This document shows positions 11,901-25,250 of a DNA stretch of 64,000 nucleotides, in pieces. The notes beneath the pieces were generated by a model that worked only from the letters and a program-made list of their open reading frames with translations, was not told the origin of the DNA and did not search any database. The stretch's first letter is position 1; each line of letters begins with the position of its first letter. Made by a program: the position numbers and the translations under genes. The stretch covers positions 46,316,001 to 46,380,000 of the forward strand of contig NC_087436.1 in NCBI RefSeq assembly GCF_036321535.1, read 5' to 3'. The DNA comes from Camelus dromedarius (Eukaryota).

Positions 11901-13989
11901 ACTTATATTTCTTGAAAGCACAAATAATACCTAATTCACCTTTATATATCCCCTTCATGATTATCACACTGCATCCTACTATAGTTGGTTCTCAATAAAT
12001 GCTTTTAAATGAATGACTAGATATATGTCTATACTTCCATTAATTTTTCTACGATCCCTTTCTGCTGTTGAAATTCTGTGTTTTTTTTCCCTTCATCTGT
12101 CTTAAAGTGTGTCATTTCCATTGTTGCAAGTCTCGACAATGAATCTACAACAACTGAAATATGTAAGTGGAATTTGTCCCAACTTCAGTCAGATCAACTA
12201 TCTCTTATCTTTTTGTATGTAACCCAAAGGTCACCATCTCTAAGATACATGTTAAGCAGAGGGGATTTCATGTGTACTGTTGAGACATCATCTTGGCAGC
12301 AGATCTCGTGCTCTTTTTGCAGATCTAAGTGCTGCTGGGGCTACTGCTCACATTGACACATTAGGAGTTAGAATTCTGGAACTAGTGATTCCTTGATGCA
12401 ATTATCCTACCCTGGCCTCAGGAAGGGTTTTTTGTAAGAAAAGCCACAATTCTTTTTATTGTTTAATATCTTACCCGTCTCTCTGCTGGAACCCCCTCAT
12501 GTCTCCACATACCATTCTACAGCTTTCATCAACATTACCCAAGGAATAGGAATAACTGATGGAAGTTAGAACATAGAAAAAATAGATATAAAATTGATGT
12601 TATGACTGTCTCTTTAGTTCAGATGAAAAGAGCTAAAAATGTTAAGCCCTACCCATTTTGTTTTCTAGTTTTGCTGTGTGACTTGAAACCTACTCTGACT
12701 TTTGACAAAGTCTTCAAAAACTTACATTTTGACTCTCTACCTGCCCCCACTCAATCCCACCACATGCACTTTGGTGTCCTTAGGATTTTTCTTCCTTTCT
12801 ACACAAGAAAGCCTTTGAGATCGTGAATCCTACAGCAGTTCCCACAGCCTGAAATATTCAGTTTTGCATGGGAGAGGAAATAGTATGGGAAGTGGTGAAG
12901 CTCCAGCAGGGGGGTCTAGGTGGGCTTTTCTGCTTAATTCTGTGTCCTTTTTAGGTCTCCCTGCTAATACAAAGTATTGCTCTGCTTCTGCGTTCTTTAT
13001 GATTGTCAAGTGGCCAACTACTGGCTCACACAGACTCACATGCCCATACACATCACCGCACGGACACCTTTCCCAAATATAAAAGGGATTTTTGTTAAAG
13101 AGCAGTAAAGAGTCATACTAACCAAATATATTTCCCTAAATATAACCCAACCTACAGATTCCCATGCCCACCACACTCATACTACCATTTCACTCTCAGA
13201 GGTCAGTATTGCACAAAGAATGGGTCCATCACCACGCTCTTTTCGAAGTAGCAGGTTTATGGATTACCTGCCACTTGATGGCTGCTTCCTAGCTGTCTTG
13301 GCATGGTCTTGAAGTTACTCTTTCCTGTCACATATGCCATCTCAAATTCTGAGTTTTGATCTACAATAATCTCTGGAAATGGAAAGGAGAAAAATATAGA
13401 GATCAAATGTTTTGTTTTTGTTTAAGCAAATCCCACAGAATTTGGGTGTAGGTATTCGTTGAGTTGCTATTTGAAATCTACTGGATAAGATGATTTATAA
13501 GAAAACTTTTGATGTATACTTTTGATTCTAAATATTATAGGATTGTTTTACCTTATTTTGAATCTTATTTAAACATGTGAATTTGCTTTTGGACCAAAAC
13601 CATTTCAATGCATTTTTTTCTATTTTACATGTATTTCATTGGATGCCTATATTCCAAATTTTTTTGTAACATCCTGCTTCTTACTGTTCTAACAATTAGT
13701 GGTCTAGGTGTCTAATTTGACTGCAGTTTGATTTTGCCTGAACAAATACTTTATTGGAGTTGTTCTTTACTATGATGGCAATTTTCTTATGCCTTAAATA
13801 TATAGCTACTTCTTCCTTTAGAAGATCAAAAATTGGGTGGTCCTGATGATGCAGTACTACCACAATTTAAATTCAAGGGTAATTTTAGAGCATTTGGATT
13901 GCCACTTTCATTTGCTACCAGTGCTGTGCATGCCTTGCATAAAGAAAAGACCCTGTTATCTAGCACTGGCGACTTCACACTCTAGTACC

Positions 13990-14420
13990 TGCCAAAAAGT
14001 ACATTGGTAAATGTGTTTTGAGTCCTATGCTCCAGCTTTTCTGAGGCACTTTGAATTCCCAGGATACAGATTGCTTTCCCATGTCTCCCTGACTTTCACA
14101 CACTGCTCCCATAGCCTAGATGTCACATTCCACCTCTCAACCTCACTCTCCATCACCTTCCACACCTGCATAACTCCTTATCCATCAAAACTCAGCTCAG
14201 ATGTCATATCCTTTGGGAAGCTTTCCAATTCTACCCTCTCCTTCAAGTCTGGATTGAATGTCTGTCCTGCAATCATACTTACATATGATTATCTGTCTTT
14301 GCACATATACAGTTTTGTAAATCTCTCTCCTAATTTGTGAGCCCAATGATCTTAGGAACTAATGCCATTTATGTCTATGTTACCAGCGCATAGTAGATGA
14401 CCAGTTAATATTTAATGAAC
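13990..14420 (+). mobile_element. L2 3' fragment (very degraded)
   Basis: Motifs 'ctcagctcagatgtcatatcctttgggaagctttcc' and 'catagtagatgaccagttaatatttaatgaa' resemble the L2 3' end. Confidence 0.5.
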
Positions 14421-14504
14421 TCCAAAGAATATTACTTTTGGATACTTATTTGAGTATTCATTTGGGTTTTTCTGTTGTACCTGGATGATGTATGCAGAGC
14501 TTAC

Positions 14505-14726
14505 TTTTTTTTCTTTTTGTATATATACATTTTATTGAAATACAGTCATTTTACAATGTGGTGTCAATTTCTGGTGTACAGCATAATGCTTCAGTCATAC
14601 ATGAACATATATATATTTGTTGTCATATTCTTTTTCACCATAAGTTACTACAAGATATTGAATATAGTTCCCTGTGCTATACAGAACTTATTGTTTATAT
14701 ATTTTACATAAATTAGTTAGTATCTG
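14505..14726 (-). mobile_element. Short L1 3'-end fragment related to the 3'UTR of the 2309-7247 element
   Basis: T-rich run followed by 'tttacaatgtggtgtcaatttctggtgtacagcataat...ttccctgtgctatacag'. This is the reverse complement of sequence closely similar to 7083-7235. Confidence 0.85.
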
Positions 14727-15396
14727 TTGTACTAAGTGTCTCACAATTCCTGTAGGAAGACCCTTTTCATTTCTGAATATATTTGGATCTTATTCTTGAA
14801 CTACTATCATTTGTGTGTGTGTGTGAGGAATGAACATTGGCAATTATTGGTCATCTATTATTTTCTAGATCTTCTGCTAGGTGCTTAATATATTTTCTCA
14901 TTTTATGCTCATGATGATCCTTTAAGATTGGTTTTTATCATCTTCATTTTGTAATCAAGAACCTAGACACTAAGTGATGTTGAATAATTTTTTTTCTATT
15001 TCATTTCTACTAAATGGCAGAGCCAGAATTTGGATTCTAATTCTCTCTGTTATTTACAGCTCCTACTTTTTGCACTACACATGTTGTACTTATTTAGATG
15101 CATATGAAGTGCTCATGAAAGGTTACTGTAAGAACACTTTCATGTATGGAAATAACATTAAAGGAGTGATTCATAGAATGGCTAGCTCAGTCATGAAGAC
15201 TTCTGTACTGCATAATTTACCATAAATAGCTATTTAGTTTTAAGTATACTTGGCTTTAAACATTAAACATGTCCATTAAACAACAACAGAGTAAGCATTT
15301 TCAAAAACCATACTGCTATAAAAATAAGTCTCCTGGATACTTTGAGAATTACAGCAAAATGACAATAACACTTAAACCAGAAGTTACACTCAATCG

Positions 15397-15432
<36 letters not shown>
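15397..15432. repeat. Compound (CT)n(CA)n microsatellite
   Basis: Directly visible. Confidence 0.95.
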
Positions 15433-16489
15433 ATCCATACATGCTAAACCATCAAGACAGAGCTTTACGTTAAAAAAAATCTCTTGTGTTATTAGGGGAT
15501 CACTTTGGAATTCTCTAAAAATGTGATATTACATCTCTGCATAGTGTCCAGGATACAGGATCTGCTTTGCACATTTGTGACAAATCTCTTCCCAAAGCTG
15601 CAAAACAATTTGTTTCTGTCATCAGGGGGTTAAAGAAGCAGTTTTCTTCCTGTGCTGTTGAGAGACCTTTTTTTTTTTCTAAAAGATCAGGGAAATACAT
15701 CAGAAGAGAAGATTACTCACATTTGCCCCAGCGCTACTAAAACTGTTGTTTGTTTTTCTCTCTCTAGTATAGAAGCCCTTCTTATTCTTCACTTATCAAA
15801 GAAATTGAAGAAGTGCTTCTATGCCACCACTGCTGATTCAGTTCTCTGGTTTTCCCCATAACAATTAGATTTTCACTTGACCATATGGGGGTCTTTAGTT
15901 CAAAGTCAGCTGAATTTGGTGGTCCTTCTTCAAGTTTTTGTGGACATTTGCCAATTTTGTAAAACTGCTACAGAGTTCAACAGACTTCTGCATTCTTGGC
16001 AAGATTCCACCTCTAAGAGATCTGGGATAAGAACAGAAATAACACTACATAGAGAATAGAAAAACTTTTGTAGAAATGTGATGGAGTAGTGTATATCATA
16101 TACTTACTCATTTTTCTTTGCTCTGTAATGATACGATTTTTTCAGGTTATATTAAATATAAAATTGACTTTCTTTGGGACTATGCTCATTTTTCTTTTTT
16201 TTTTGAGAATAGTTTTTTAATAAGGAAATATTTGTGTATTAGTGTTAATTTAAAATTTAATATAGACTGAGAAAAGATACTCAAGGGATAAAAATAAAAT
16301 TGGCTTTTTTAATAGTTAGCATAGCAAAATAGAAATGTTGGCTTTTGTAATTTATTCATCTCTTTAGATAACCTTTGAAAGCAACAGGGAAGAAAAAATT
16401 CTAAAGTTTCATAATCAAATTCATGAATAGTAATAATGACAAAAAATTAAAGTTAAGCATTATTTAATTTTTATAAATAGAAACTTTTT

Positions 16490-17285
16490 TCAGTATTTTA
16501 CATATATCATTTTATTTAGTCTTCACAAGAATCCTGTGAGGATTAATTAACTTATTTACCTTTTACAAAAGTGGAAAATGAAGCACAGAGAAGTTAAGAA
16601 ACTTTCCTAAGGTCACACAGCATTTCAGTTTGTATGCTTTTGATAATAAGTAAAAGAAAAGAAAACAATCAGGACATTTATTATCTTACCAAACTAGAAG
16701 CCCAGAGGTAGAGCTACTCTGGGGTTGATTAACTCAATAACATCATCAAAGTCCCATTTTGTTTCCATCTTTCTACTTTGTGGTCTGTCCTTAGCAAATT
16801 GTCTTGTCCCCCTAAACCAGCTGCCCTTTAAAATGGTTGCTATATTTTCAGACATCATAGGCAGAAAACTTTGTCACCAAACAGAAAGAAAAAGAGAGAA
16901 GCCCTTTTCTTCTCTCTCTACTTAAGAAATATAAATCCCTTGCCAGAAACTCTACAGGCAGTCTTCTACTGAGGTTTTTTTGGCTAGAATCACACTATAT
17001 GCTCAGGCTTAAACCAGTCACCAGGAAAGGAGACAACTATCACAGGATTGGCTTAATCCGGTGAAGGTTTACTCCCTGGAGGACAGGGGCTCAACTTCGC
17101 ATGAAAATAGACCCTCAGTGGAAAGTGAACTAAATGGGACTTTTTAAGCACAGATTAGTGGGCAGGGGGCTATGGCTGCTGGAAAGGTAGCCAAAGTCTG
17201 CCACATATAGCTAAGGAGTCATGGCCTGAAATCCAAACCCGAGCAGTCTACCTCGTCTTAGCCTGTGCTCTTAGCCACCTTGCTG
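16490..17285 (-). mobile_element. MIR SINE split by an inserted old MaLR (MLT1-type) LTR at about 16625-17204
   Basis: MIR core 'aatgaagcacagagaagttaagaactttcctaaggtcacacagc' ends at ~16621 and resumes at ~17205 ('tagctaag...aaatccaaacccgagcagtct...gcctgtgctcttagccac'). The intervening sequence has MLT1-like motifs and ends in 'gtctgccaca'. Confidence 0.6.
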
Positions 17286-17909
17286 TGAAAAGTTTGATGT
17301 TAGCAAACAGCAGTTTTCCCTAATCTTTCATAAAATCACATATTCTAAAAAGCAAATGAGCATAATTTGCAAACAGAGGAATTTGGGGTAAAGGAAATTT
17401 TCACTCCATAGTTCACCAAATTTATTATGAACAGGCAAGCTTTAAAGAATATATTGCCTTAATGTACCTTAAGTCACCATCTTTAATCCCATCTACTTCC
17501 CATGACAGTAAATAGATCACTACAGAATGGGATGGGAGAATGGGCCTCATTTAAATATCCTGAAGCTCTTCCTGAAGATCCAACAGAGATGATTGTCCAT
17601 GCTTATTCATAAGAGGATGGGGATATAGTGAGATGATTTAATTTGTACTACTAAACCATTTCAGTCATTTCTTTACCATTTCTTTAATAAATAAATATTT
17701 ATTTAGTGCAGATGAAGACAAAAGATTAGGCAAAAGGGAGTAAGAGAAAAACAGACAAACAGAAGCTGGAGAGAATAAACAGAAACCTATGGGAACCACA
17801 ATCTTAGTCTCAAAGATTAAATACAAGATTCTTTCAGTGTATTGAAACATGAATTTCTTTAGTCTTAAGGGAATATTTACTGTAGAAAAATGACACTGAA
17901 AAGTCTTTT

Positions 17910-19560
17910 TTCAATCATGTGATTAAATATTATGCATCTACTATATTCCTGGCATCATCTGGTATCGTTGATATGAAATAAATACTACATCCTTCCTTTA
18001 AGGAGCATATAGCCTAATGAAGGAAAAAGGTAAACACTTAGTTATAACAATATGAAAGCTATATAATGGAATTTATTCAAAGCCTAAGAGTTAATGACAC
18101 TGGGAAGGTCGGGAATAACTTCACAAAGGAGTATAATGTTTGAGCTGAGCCTTAAAGGCTAAGAATTTTGCCAGGAGATCTAGCCATTTCTCCACTGGAT
18201 GAGGCCACATCTAGGCTGGAATCTCTGGGCTATACCTAGCAGAATGTTCGTCAGAGAAGTTCCAGAGGAAGGATTCCATAGCCCAGACAGAGAGGGCACA
18301 TTACTGGCTTATTACTCAGCCAGACAAACATAAACAAGCTGTGACATAGGAAGTGAGGTGGAGGGTAGAGGGCTGAAGAATTTGTAAAGGAACCAAACAA
18401 AGACAGAGGACTGAAAATGAAAGAGACACCAGGAGGATTTATTGGAACTTCAAAGCAGGCTAAAGACGACTGAAGAGTGACTGTGACATAGCATCATCTA
18501 GAATCTATTTTCCTGGACTGGATTCTGACTCTTACCCTTGCAAAGCAGTTGATTCCTTCTGAATGCAGAGAAGTAGAAAGGAAGACATTCCACACAGAAT
18601 GAACAGTAGTTGCAAAAATACAGCACAGTACATTGAGGAAACACAATTTATGGCTGAATAAAGATTCCACATGTAGATGTACAAGGAAAGGTTGGACAAA
18701 AATATGGAACAGTGGCCAGGGAAAGACTGAACTTCCAAGTGTGCCAATGGAAGTTCTGAACTGATCCTATATAGAAGGGATCCTTGAAGAATAAATGTTA
18801 CTAGCTTTAAATTTTAGAAAGGCCACTCAAACTGATGTGGAAGCAAATTTCAGGGAGATGAGATTGGAGTCATGGAAACCAGGTAGAATGCTCTTGCAGT
18901 AGTATAGACAAGAGCAGATGAAGGGCCAAACTGAGACTGAAAGGGAAAGGGGGAGGGAAATATATGTTATCCAGACTCTATTGGTTTGAAAGATTTATCA
19001 GATGTATGAGGTGACAACTGAGGTAAGGATCAAGGATAAATACCCAATCTCTCAGTAGACAGTGGTGCCATTACTCTTGATTGAAGTTAGAGGATGAAAC
19101 AAAGTAGGGTAAGTTGGGGGAATGTGAGTTTAAGGCAAGGAATGGGGAGCAGTGAAGGAATAGTTTGAAAAATTCAGTTTTGTGCAAATTACATTTGAGG
19201 CATTTGGAGAATATGCCCAGGTGAAATTGGTAATATTTACCTGGTGATCAGCAATGATATGTGAGTTAAAGCTATGTATTTGGGAGGCATGAATATTTAG
19301 GTTGAGACATAGAGGCTGGTAAACTCCCACAAGAAAAACAGTTAACAGAGATGAGTGTAAAGGATATGAACTTTGAGAAACATTAACATTCCAGGGACAG
19401 TGAGAAAAAGTGAAGTCTGTAAATCACAGAATGGGATTATGGAAACCAAGAGTAAAGAAATTTCAAGGTGACCGCAAAAGCATAAACAGTAGAGAGAGTG
19501 AGGCTTCCTGGAAAAGTACCAGCTGAATATCAAGCCAAGGGGACAGATCGCAAATCACTG
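17910..19560 (-). mobile_element. L2 fragments (degraded)
   Basis: Purine-rich L2-antisense text, e.g. 'tttgagctgagccttaaagg', 'ttttagaaaggccactc', 'gtggtgccattactc', 'aattcagttttgtgcaaattacatttgagg'. Confidence 0.55.
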
Positions 19561-22171
19561 ATTTGGTACCTTTTTAGGAGAACCTGGTTTTCTCCAGCCT
19601 TGAGATGATTCAAGAGTGATAGGAAGCATGGCCACTTGTTAATATAAGAAGAAATAGTAATGAGTACTATTTTAATTTTTTTAAACTATCATAATGAAGG
19701 ATGGAGGACTGAAAGGGAGTTATTTATATTGTAACAGAAAGGACCAAAGTTGAATGGTGCTAATTGTTTTGGGTCAACAGAAAATAAATAACAAGTAACT
19801 AAAGGTTGGCAAGAATAGAGAAGGGAAAAATGCAGTGGGTGCTCATTTGAATCTCTCAGTGCTCCTGTAACAGGGCTTGCAGTGCCCCTGGCCTTTGTGA
19901 TGGGGGTCCTCAGCATTCTCAGTAGCACACTGTCACCACTGAATGGTAGAACCAGGGGTCTCTTGCAATGGATACCTTAAAGGAAGCAATATAGTATGAA
20001 TAGAAGGACAAGAAATACAGAAGGCATGGATCTGGGTTGATCTTTGATGCTTCCGATGATCAGTAGCTACTACTTTCTTCCACCCTGAATGATGATGAAT
20101 TCATGCAAAACTTTAAAGGAAAAGCTTTCCCCAGCAATTATTTGTTCTCTGAATCTATAGCACATACACAGTCTCTCTGTATCTTCTCATATTATTCAAG
20201 GTGTATATATATATATATATCTCAGAAATAATTATTTGGCCTTTTTACTACCATATGTATATATTTAAATATTTCTATAATTTATGCATATGTATGTATG
20301 TTATGATTTAGAGTCTGCATAGAAATAAATATAACCTAAGCACAGTATTTCATTTCTCTGTCCAAAGACAAAAGTTGGCATTTTTAAACCTAAAATGTAA
20401 TATTTTTTAATAAGTTTCCTACCATATTCTATAAATAATCATCTGTTTTCTCATGTAAGGTAGATTTTATGAAAATTGGCCATGTACATAAGTAAGTTTT
20501 TAAGGCATGTTGAAAACTTAAGCTGACACTTTTCAGATTTGTATTTTAAAAACAAAAAAGTGGGAAGAGTTGATTACACAGAATTCAAAGTTAAAGGAAT
20601 TTAAGAAAAAAATGTTGTTATGCATTGATCCCTTTCTCTGCTCAATAGTAAGCAATTTGTCCCATGAGACACCCACAATGAGAAAAAGAACAAAAAGCTT
20701 GGATTTATCTTGGAGTATGTCTTTGTTTTAATAAGTCATTTGTAGTCGTATTGACAGCTCAGCTTTGTATGAAGTCCATCAGTTTCTGATACTTGTTACT
20801 ATGATTTTAGAGATACCAGCATTATTCTCTGAATAGGTGCTGGTACCTCTCTTTTGTCCATTTATTTTAGGTGAAGTTGCGTGATGGAAGGGGAGGGATA
20901 CCTGACCTTCATCTCTTCTGTTTTTCTCTCCCTACCCACAACATTTCCATGTCTCACTTGTCAACAGTGAAAACAAATTAATATCTTGCTAAATGACAAA
21001 TGGTTAGTTTTCTTTCCTCAGTAGAAATGGATGAAAAATTTTATATTAGCTCAAGGGAACTATAATATAGATTACTCACTACTGAATTTTTACACTGGAG
21101 TCTGAACTTTAAAATATCTAGTTATCTTTGAGGTGAAATAGAGGGGGAAATCTGCAAATAATAGACTTCGTGGGAAATACCTCTTGGAGACCTCACTGAG
21201 GTACATTTGGAAACCTAGAAAAAAAGTCTTTCTTTGGAAATTTCATGGGGAAAAGTGTTTTTAGTAACACTTCTTTAATATCACTACTGACTCTATCATT
21301 AATGTTTACACTAAACTAAATTAAGAAAAAACTTTTGTCGGAGCACTTACTAAATTTTAAATGGATATTGAGAATTATACATGCATACCGCCCCAAAGTG
21401 ATTGTTGGTCTGAAATTTTGCTCCATTTTGATGAGAACCTTTAATTTCTACTATTTAGTATATTCTGTCCACTGTTGATAAGGCATAGGGACAAATGGTT
21501 TTAGCCTTACCCTTCCTGGATAGCATTTTTTATTTATTGATTTTCTGTGGCTTCTGAAATAGCTGAATACCTCTTCAAGATATTCATGTGTTATGAATAA
21601 TGCTATAAAGTGGCTGTGATGGAAAAGCACACCCATTTTTATGGTCAGTCTCTTATAAAATAAGTTTCAGAATTTCCTAGATTTCCCCTTTCTGGGGACA
21701 CATTTTAAGGTAAAGAAAAAAATACCCTTTGCACTCTCAAAGTAAATATGAATGTCAATTTATTGATTTCAAGTAGGTATAGTTTGTGTGAAAGATGGGG
21801 AATGAAGAATTGAAGTAGAATTTCACTGCCCATCTTTCTCAAAATTTAAAAAATATGTCATATGTCACCATAACAATAATATTTAATAGGAAATTCTGGG
21901 ATGGAACTGGGGAGACAGAGAAGAAAGATAACATTGTTTAATTCATTGCTTGTTAGAAATTTATGTTTTATATATGGAGATTAAGAATGCCCCTTCTCCT
22001 GTGTTCTCATCCCAATTGTATAAGAGGTATCACTCTCACTAAAAATGTAGAAGTTCCAAGCAGTTCATTTATTAAATGCGATAGCAGATCATGTCTGACA
22101 CCCTGGGTAATAATATATTCTTGAATAAAATTGGTAATTAGGATTGTTATAGAGTAAGGTAGTTTTTTTTG

Positions 22172-22205
<34 letters not shown>

Positions 22206-22264
22206 GTATATGTATATGTATATATGTATATATGTATATATACACATATGTATATATGTATATA
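22172..22264. repeat. Imperfect (TA)n/(TATG) microsatellite
   Basis: Directly visible alternating purine-pyrimidine tract of about 90 bp. Confidence 0.95.
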
Positions 22265-22704
22265 GTCTAGTTTTGACAGAAATTTTACTCTAGATATTTC
22301 TTCTAGAATTGACCATATTCAATAAACAAATAAAATTGATAGGTTTTTTGGAAGAAGCTGAAGTGTATTTAAAAGGAGAAGCTGCTGCTTGGTACATTAA
22401 AATTTGCTGAAAGGATTTGGGGTTTTATTTAATATCGTTGCCTTCTGTTTCCTTGAGAAAACCAGCCTTAAAGACAAGTACCAGAGCTCTTCCTAGGGTC
22501 ATTTTACACTCTTTAAAATAGGGAAAATGGCATATTTCCAAATAGTGAAGACTTATTTTCATAGCTCTCCATTTCACCTTTTCATAGCTCTCCATTTTTT
22601 GTTACATATTATTAGATTATTATAAATAAAATTATTTATGAGTTTCTTCCAATTTCTTTACCATTTAGTTTGAATAAAATAAGGAGCAGGATTTTTATTT
22701 TAGA

Positions 22705-23920
22705 ATTTTTTTTTTGTCATGGACAATTACGAACAAAATGCAAAAGTATTGAGAATAGCTTAATGAAATTAATTTATCCTCAATCAGCCTGAACAATGAT
22801 CCATATATGGCCTCTATTCCTACCCACTTTCTCCCACTGCCAGGCTTATTTTGAAAAAAATTCAAGATAAAATATTATTTCATATACAGATATTTCAGTA
22901 TGTATTTCTAAGAGTTTAGGACGCTTTCTTTGCTGTAACCACAATACCATCATCACACCCGATAAATAGCAGTCATTTCTTAATATCACCAAATAGTCAC
23001 AAGTATTTTCATTTCCTTGATTTTTTAAAATAACTTTTTAGCATTTCTTTTGTCCGAACTAGGATCCAACCTTTTCACAGATGGTGATATGGCTCTTAAA
23101 TTTTTCTTCATCTGTAGTTTGCCTCTCTATCTCTTGTTTTCTTTGCTGCTGTTGTGAAGAAATTAGGTAATTTGTCCTGTAGTTTCCCACAGTCTGGATT
23201 TTGTTACTGCATTCCCAAAGGTGTCTTTTAATGTGTCCCTCTGTTCCCTGTATTGCCTTCAAATTGATAGAGCTAGAGGCTTGATCAGAATTAAGTTCAT
23301 GTTTTGGCAAGACTGTGTCATAATGGGAGTTTGGGGCTTCTGCTGGGAGATAAATAATGTCTAATCTTTGCTCTCTCTCTCATTTGACTTTGATGAACAT
23401 TCATTGGAACTGTCAATTCATTAGGGGTTGCAAAAAGTGATTTTCTAATTTTAGTCTTTCTTTTTCACTTATTAGCTGGAATATATCTAGAAAGAGAAAC
23501 TTCCTATCATCATCTGTTTGAATTGCACTGAGCTACAGTTTTATAGAAAAGGAAGGCTTCATGCCCAGTTCTTTCCCTTTATTTATCAGTGTTCAAAATA
23601 ATGAATGGATTCTTAGCATCTGCCCAAAATGATCAGTGTGTGTGTATTTTAATGTCATTAAAAGCTCATGAATTTAATATGTCAATACTTTGTAGTTATT
23701 ACCACCATTAGTGCTTAAATTGCCCCATCTTTTATCCAAGTTGGCTTCTGAGCCCTTTGACAGAACTGTGCTGGTCTTGACAACTTCCTTGCTACATAGT
23801 ATGACAGAATGCTACAGGTTCCTCTTGATCATTTCTTATCCAAGACCTGAATTCAGACATTTCTCCAAGGAATTATGGTTCCTTTCAGTGGGAAATGGTA
23901 TTTCAATACCACAGTTCTGG
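22705..23920 (-). mobile_element. Ancient L1 (L1MC/L1ME-like) 3'UTR fragment
   Basis: Poly-T start and motifs 'aaccacaataccatcatcacacc', 'tttgtcctgtagtttcccacagtctggatttt', 'atttctccaaggaattatggttcctttcagtggg', as recalled for old L1M 3' ends. Confidence 0.65.
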
Positions 23921-24559
23921 GGAGTTTTTTTGTGTGTGTTTTTGGAAGAGCAGTTACTATGAAATTTGTTTGCTATTTTAAGAGAAAGTGGATATGTGAT
24001 TATGTATGCAAATAAAAATATTGGTACTTTACAGGCCTGATTGTATGACTTTAGGTGTGATCTTAAAAGGGAGGTGAGAAATTAATTTTTGTTTTAATGA
24101 TGAAACAATTGACTAGCACAGACTTTGAGTGCATAATATAAAGTGAGGGAGAAAATAAAAGCATTTGATGATCATGCCAAAAGAAAGGTAGATTACAAAG
24201 TCCTGCTGAATTTGGCTAGAGTTAACATTTTGTCATGCAAATTTGATTGTGAAGTCATCATTCAAAAAGTATAATTGGGTGATAAGAAAATGAACTTTCT
24301 ATGATAACAAATATTTTGATCATGGTCTCTTACTTGTTTTGCATAGTGATGTATGAACTTAATTGAAGTTAATGGAATTAGATCTCTACTCTCTGGGGAC
24401 TAGAATGGGAGTTTCAGATTGTCAGTTTATTTCTATGGCTCTTAATTAAAGTCCTTTGTGTTAAGGGATCTTTTGTTTCTTGAATGGTAGTGCTGTTACC
24501 AAACTAGTGTGAGAGTTCAATATTTACATGACTTGTAAGTTTTTACTCAAATGCCTAGC

Positions 24560-25250
24560 AAAATGGTAGATTTAAACCCAAACATAATGATAATAACATT
24601 AAATATAAAGAGTCTAAACACCCCCAGTTAAAAGGCAGATATTATCATATTTGATAAATAGCAAGACTCAACCATGTGTATGTTCAGAAATTTATTAGAA
24701 GTATAAAGAAAGCTGGAGTGGCTATTTTAATATCACACAAAATAAGCTTTCAAACAAGGAAGATTATCAGCAATACAGAGAGATATTTCACAATGATAAA
24801 AGGATCAATTCATCAAAAGAACATAAAATTCTGAAAGTATATACAACTAGTAACATAACTTCTAAGTATATGAGGCAAAAATTGATAGAACTACCAAGAG
24901 AAAAATAGAAAAATTCTACAATTTTAAAGATTTCAACACTCCTTTCTCAGAAATTGATAGAACAGGTAGGCAGGAAATCATTAAGGAGGAAGAAGACCTG
25001 AAAAACACTGTCAACCAACTTGATTTTATTGATATTTATAGAACATTCTACCCATCAGCAGAACACTCACCAGGTAGAATATACTCTGAGCCATTAAACA
25101 AGGTTCAATAAGTATAAGAGGATTGAAACCATACAGAGTATATTCTTTGACCATCGTGGAATGAAATCAGAAATTAATAAAAGAAAGATTTCTGAAAATT
25201 AGACAATATATTTTTAAATTACACAAAGTTTAAGGGAAAAAAAACCCCAT
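24560..25250 (+). mobile_element. Ancient L1 ORF2 endonuclease fragment
   Basis: Decayed coding text 'aaagctggagtggctatt', 'atgataaaaggatcaattcatcaa', 'atgaggcaaaaattgatagaact', 'gatttcaacactcc' aligns with the EN region of the young L1 at ~3150-3900. Confidence 0.85.
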
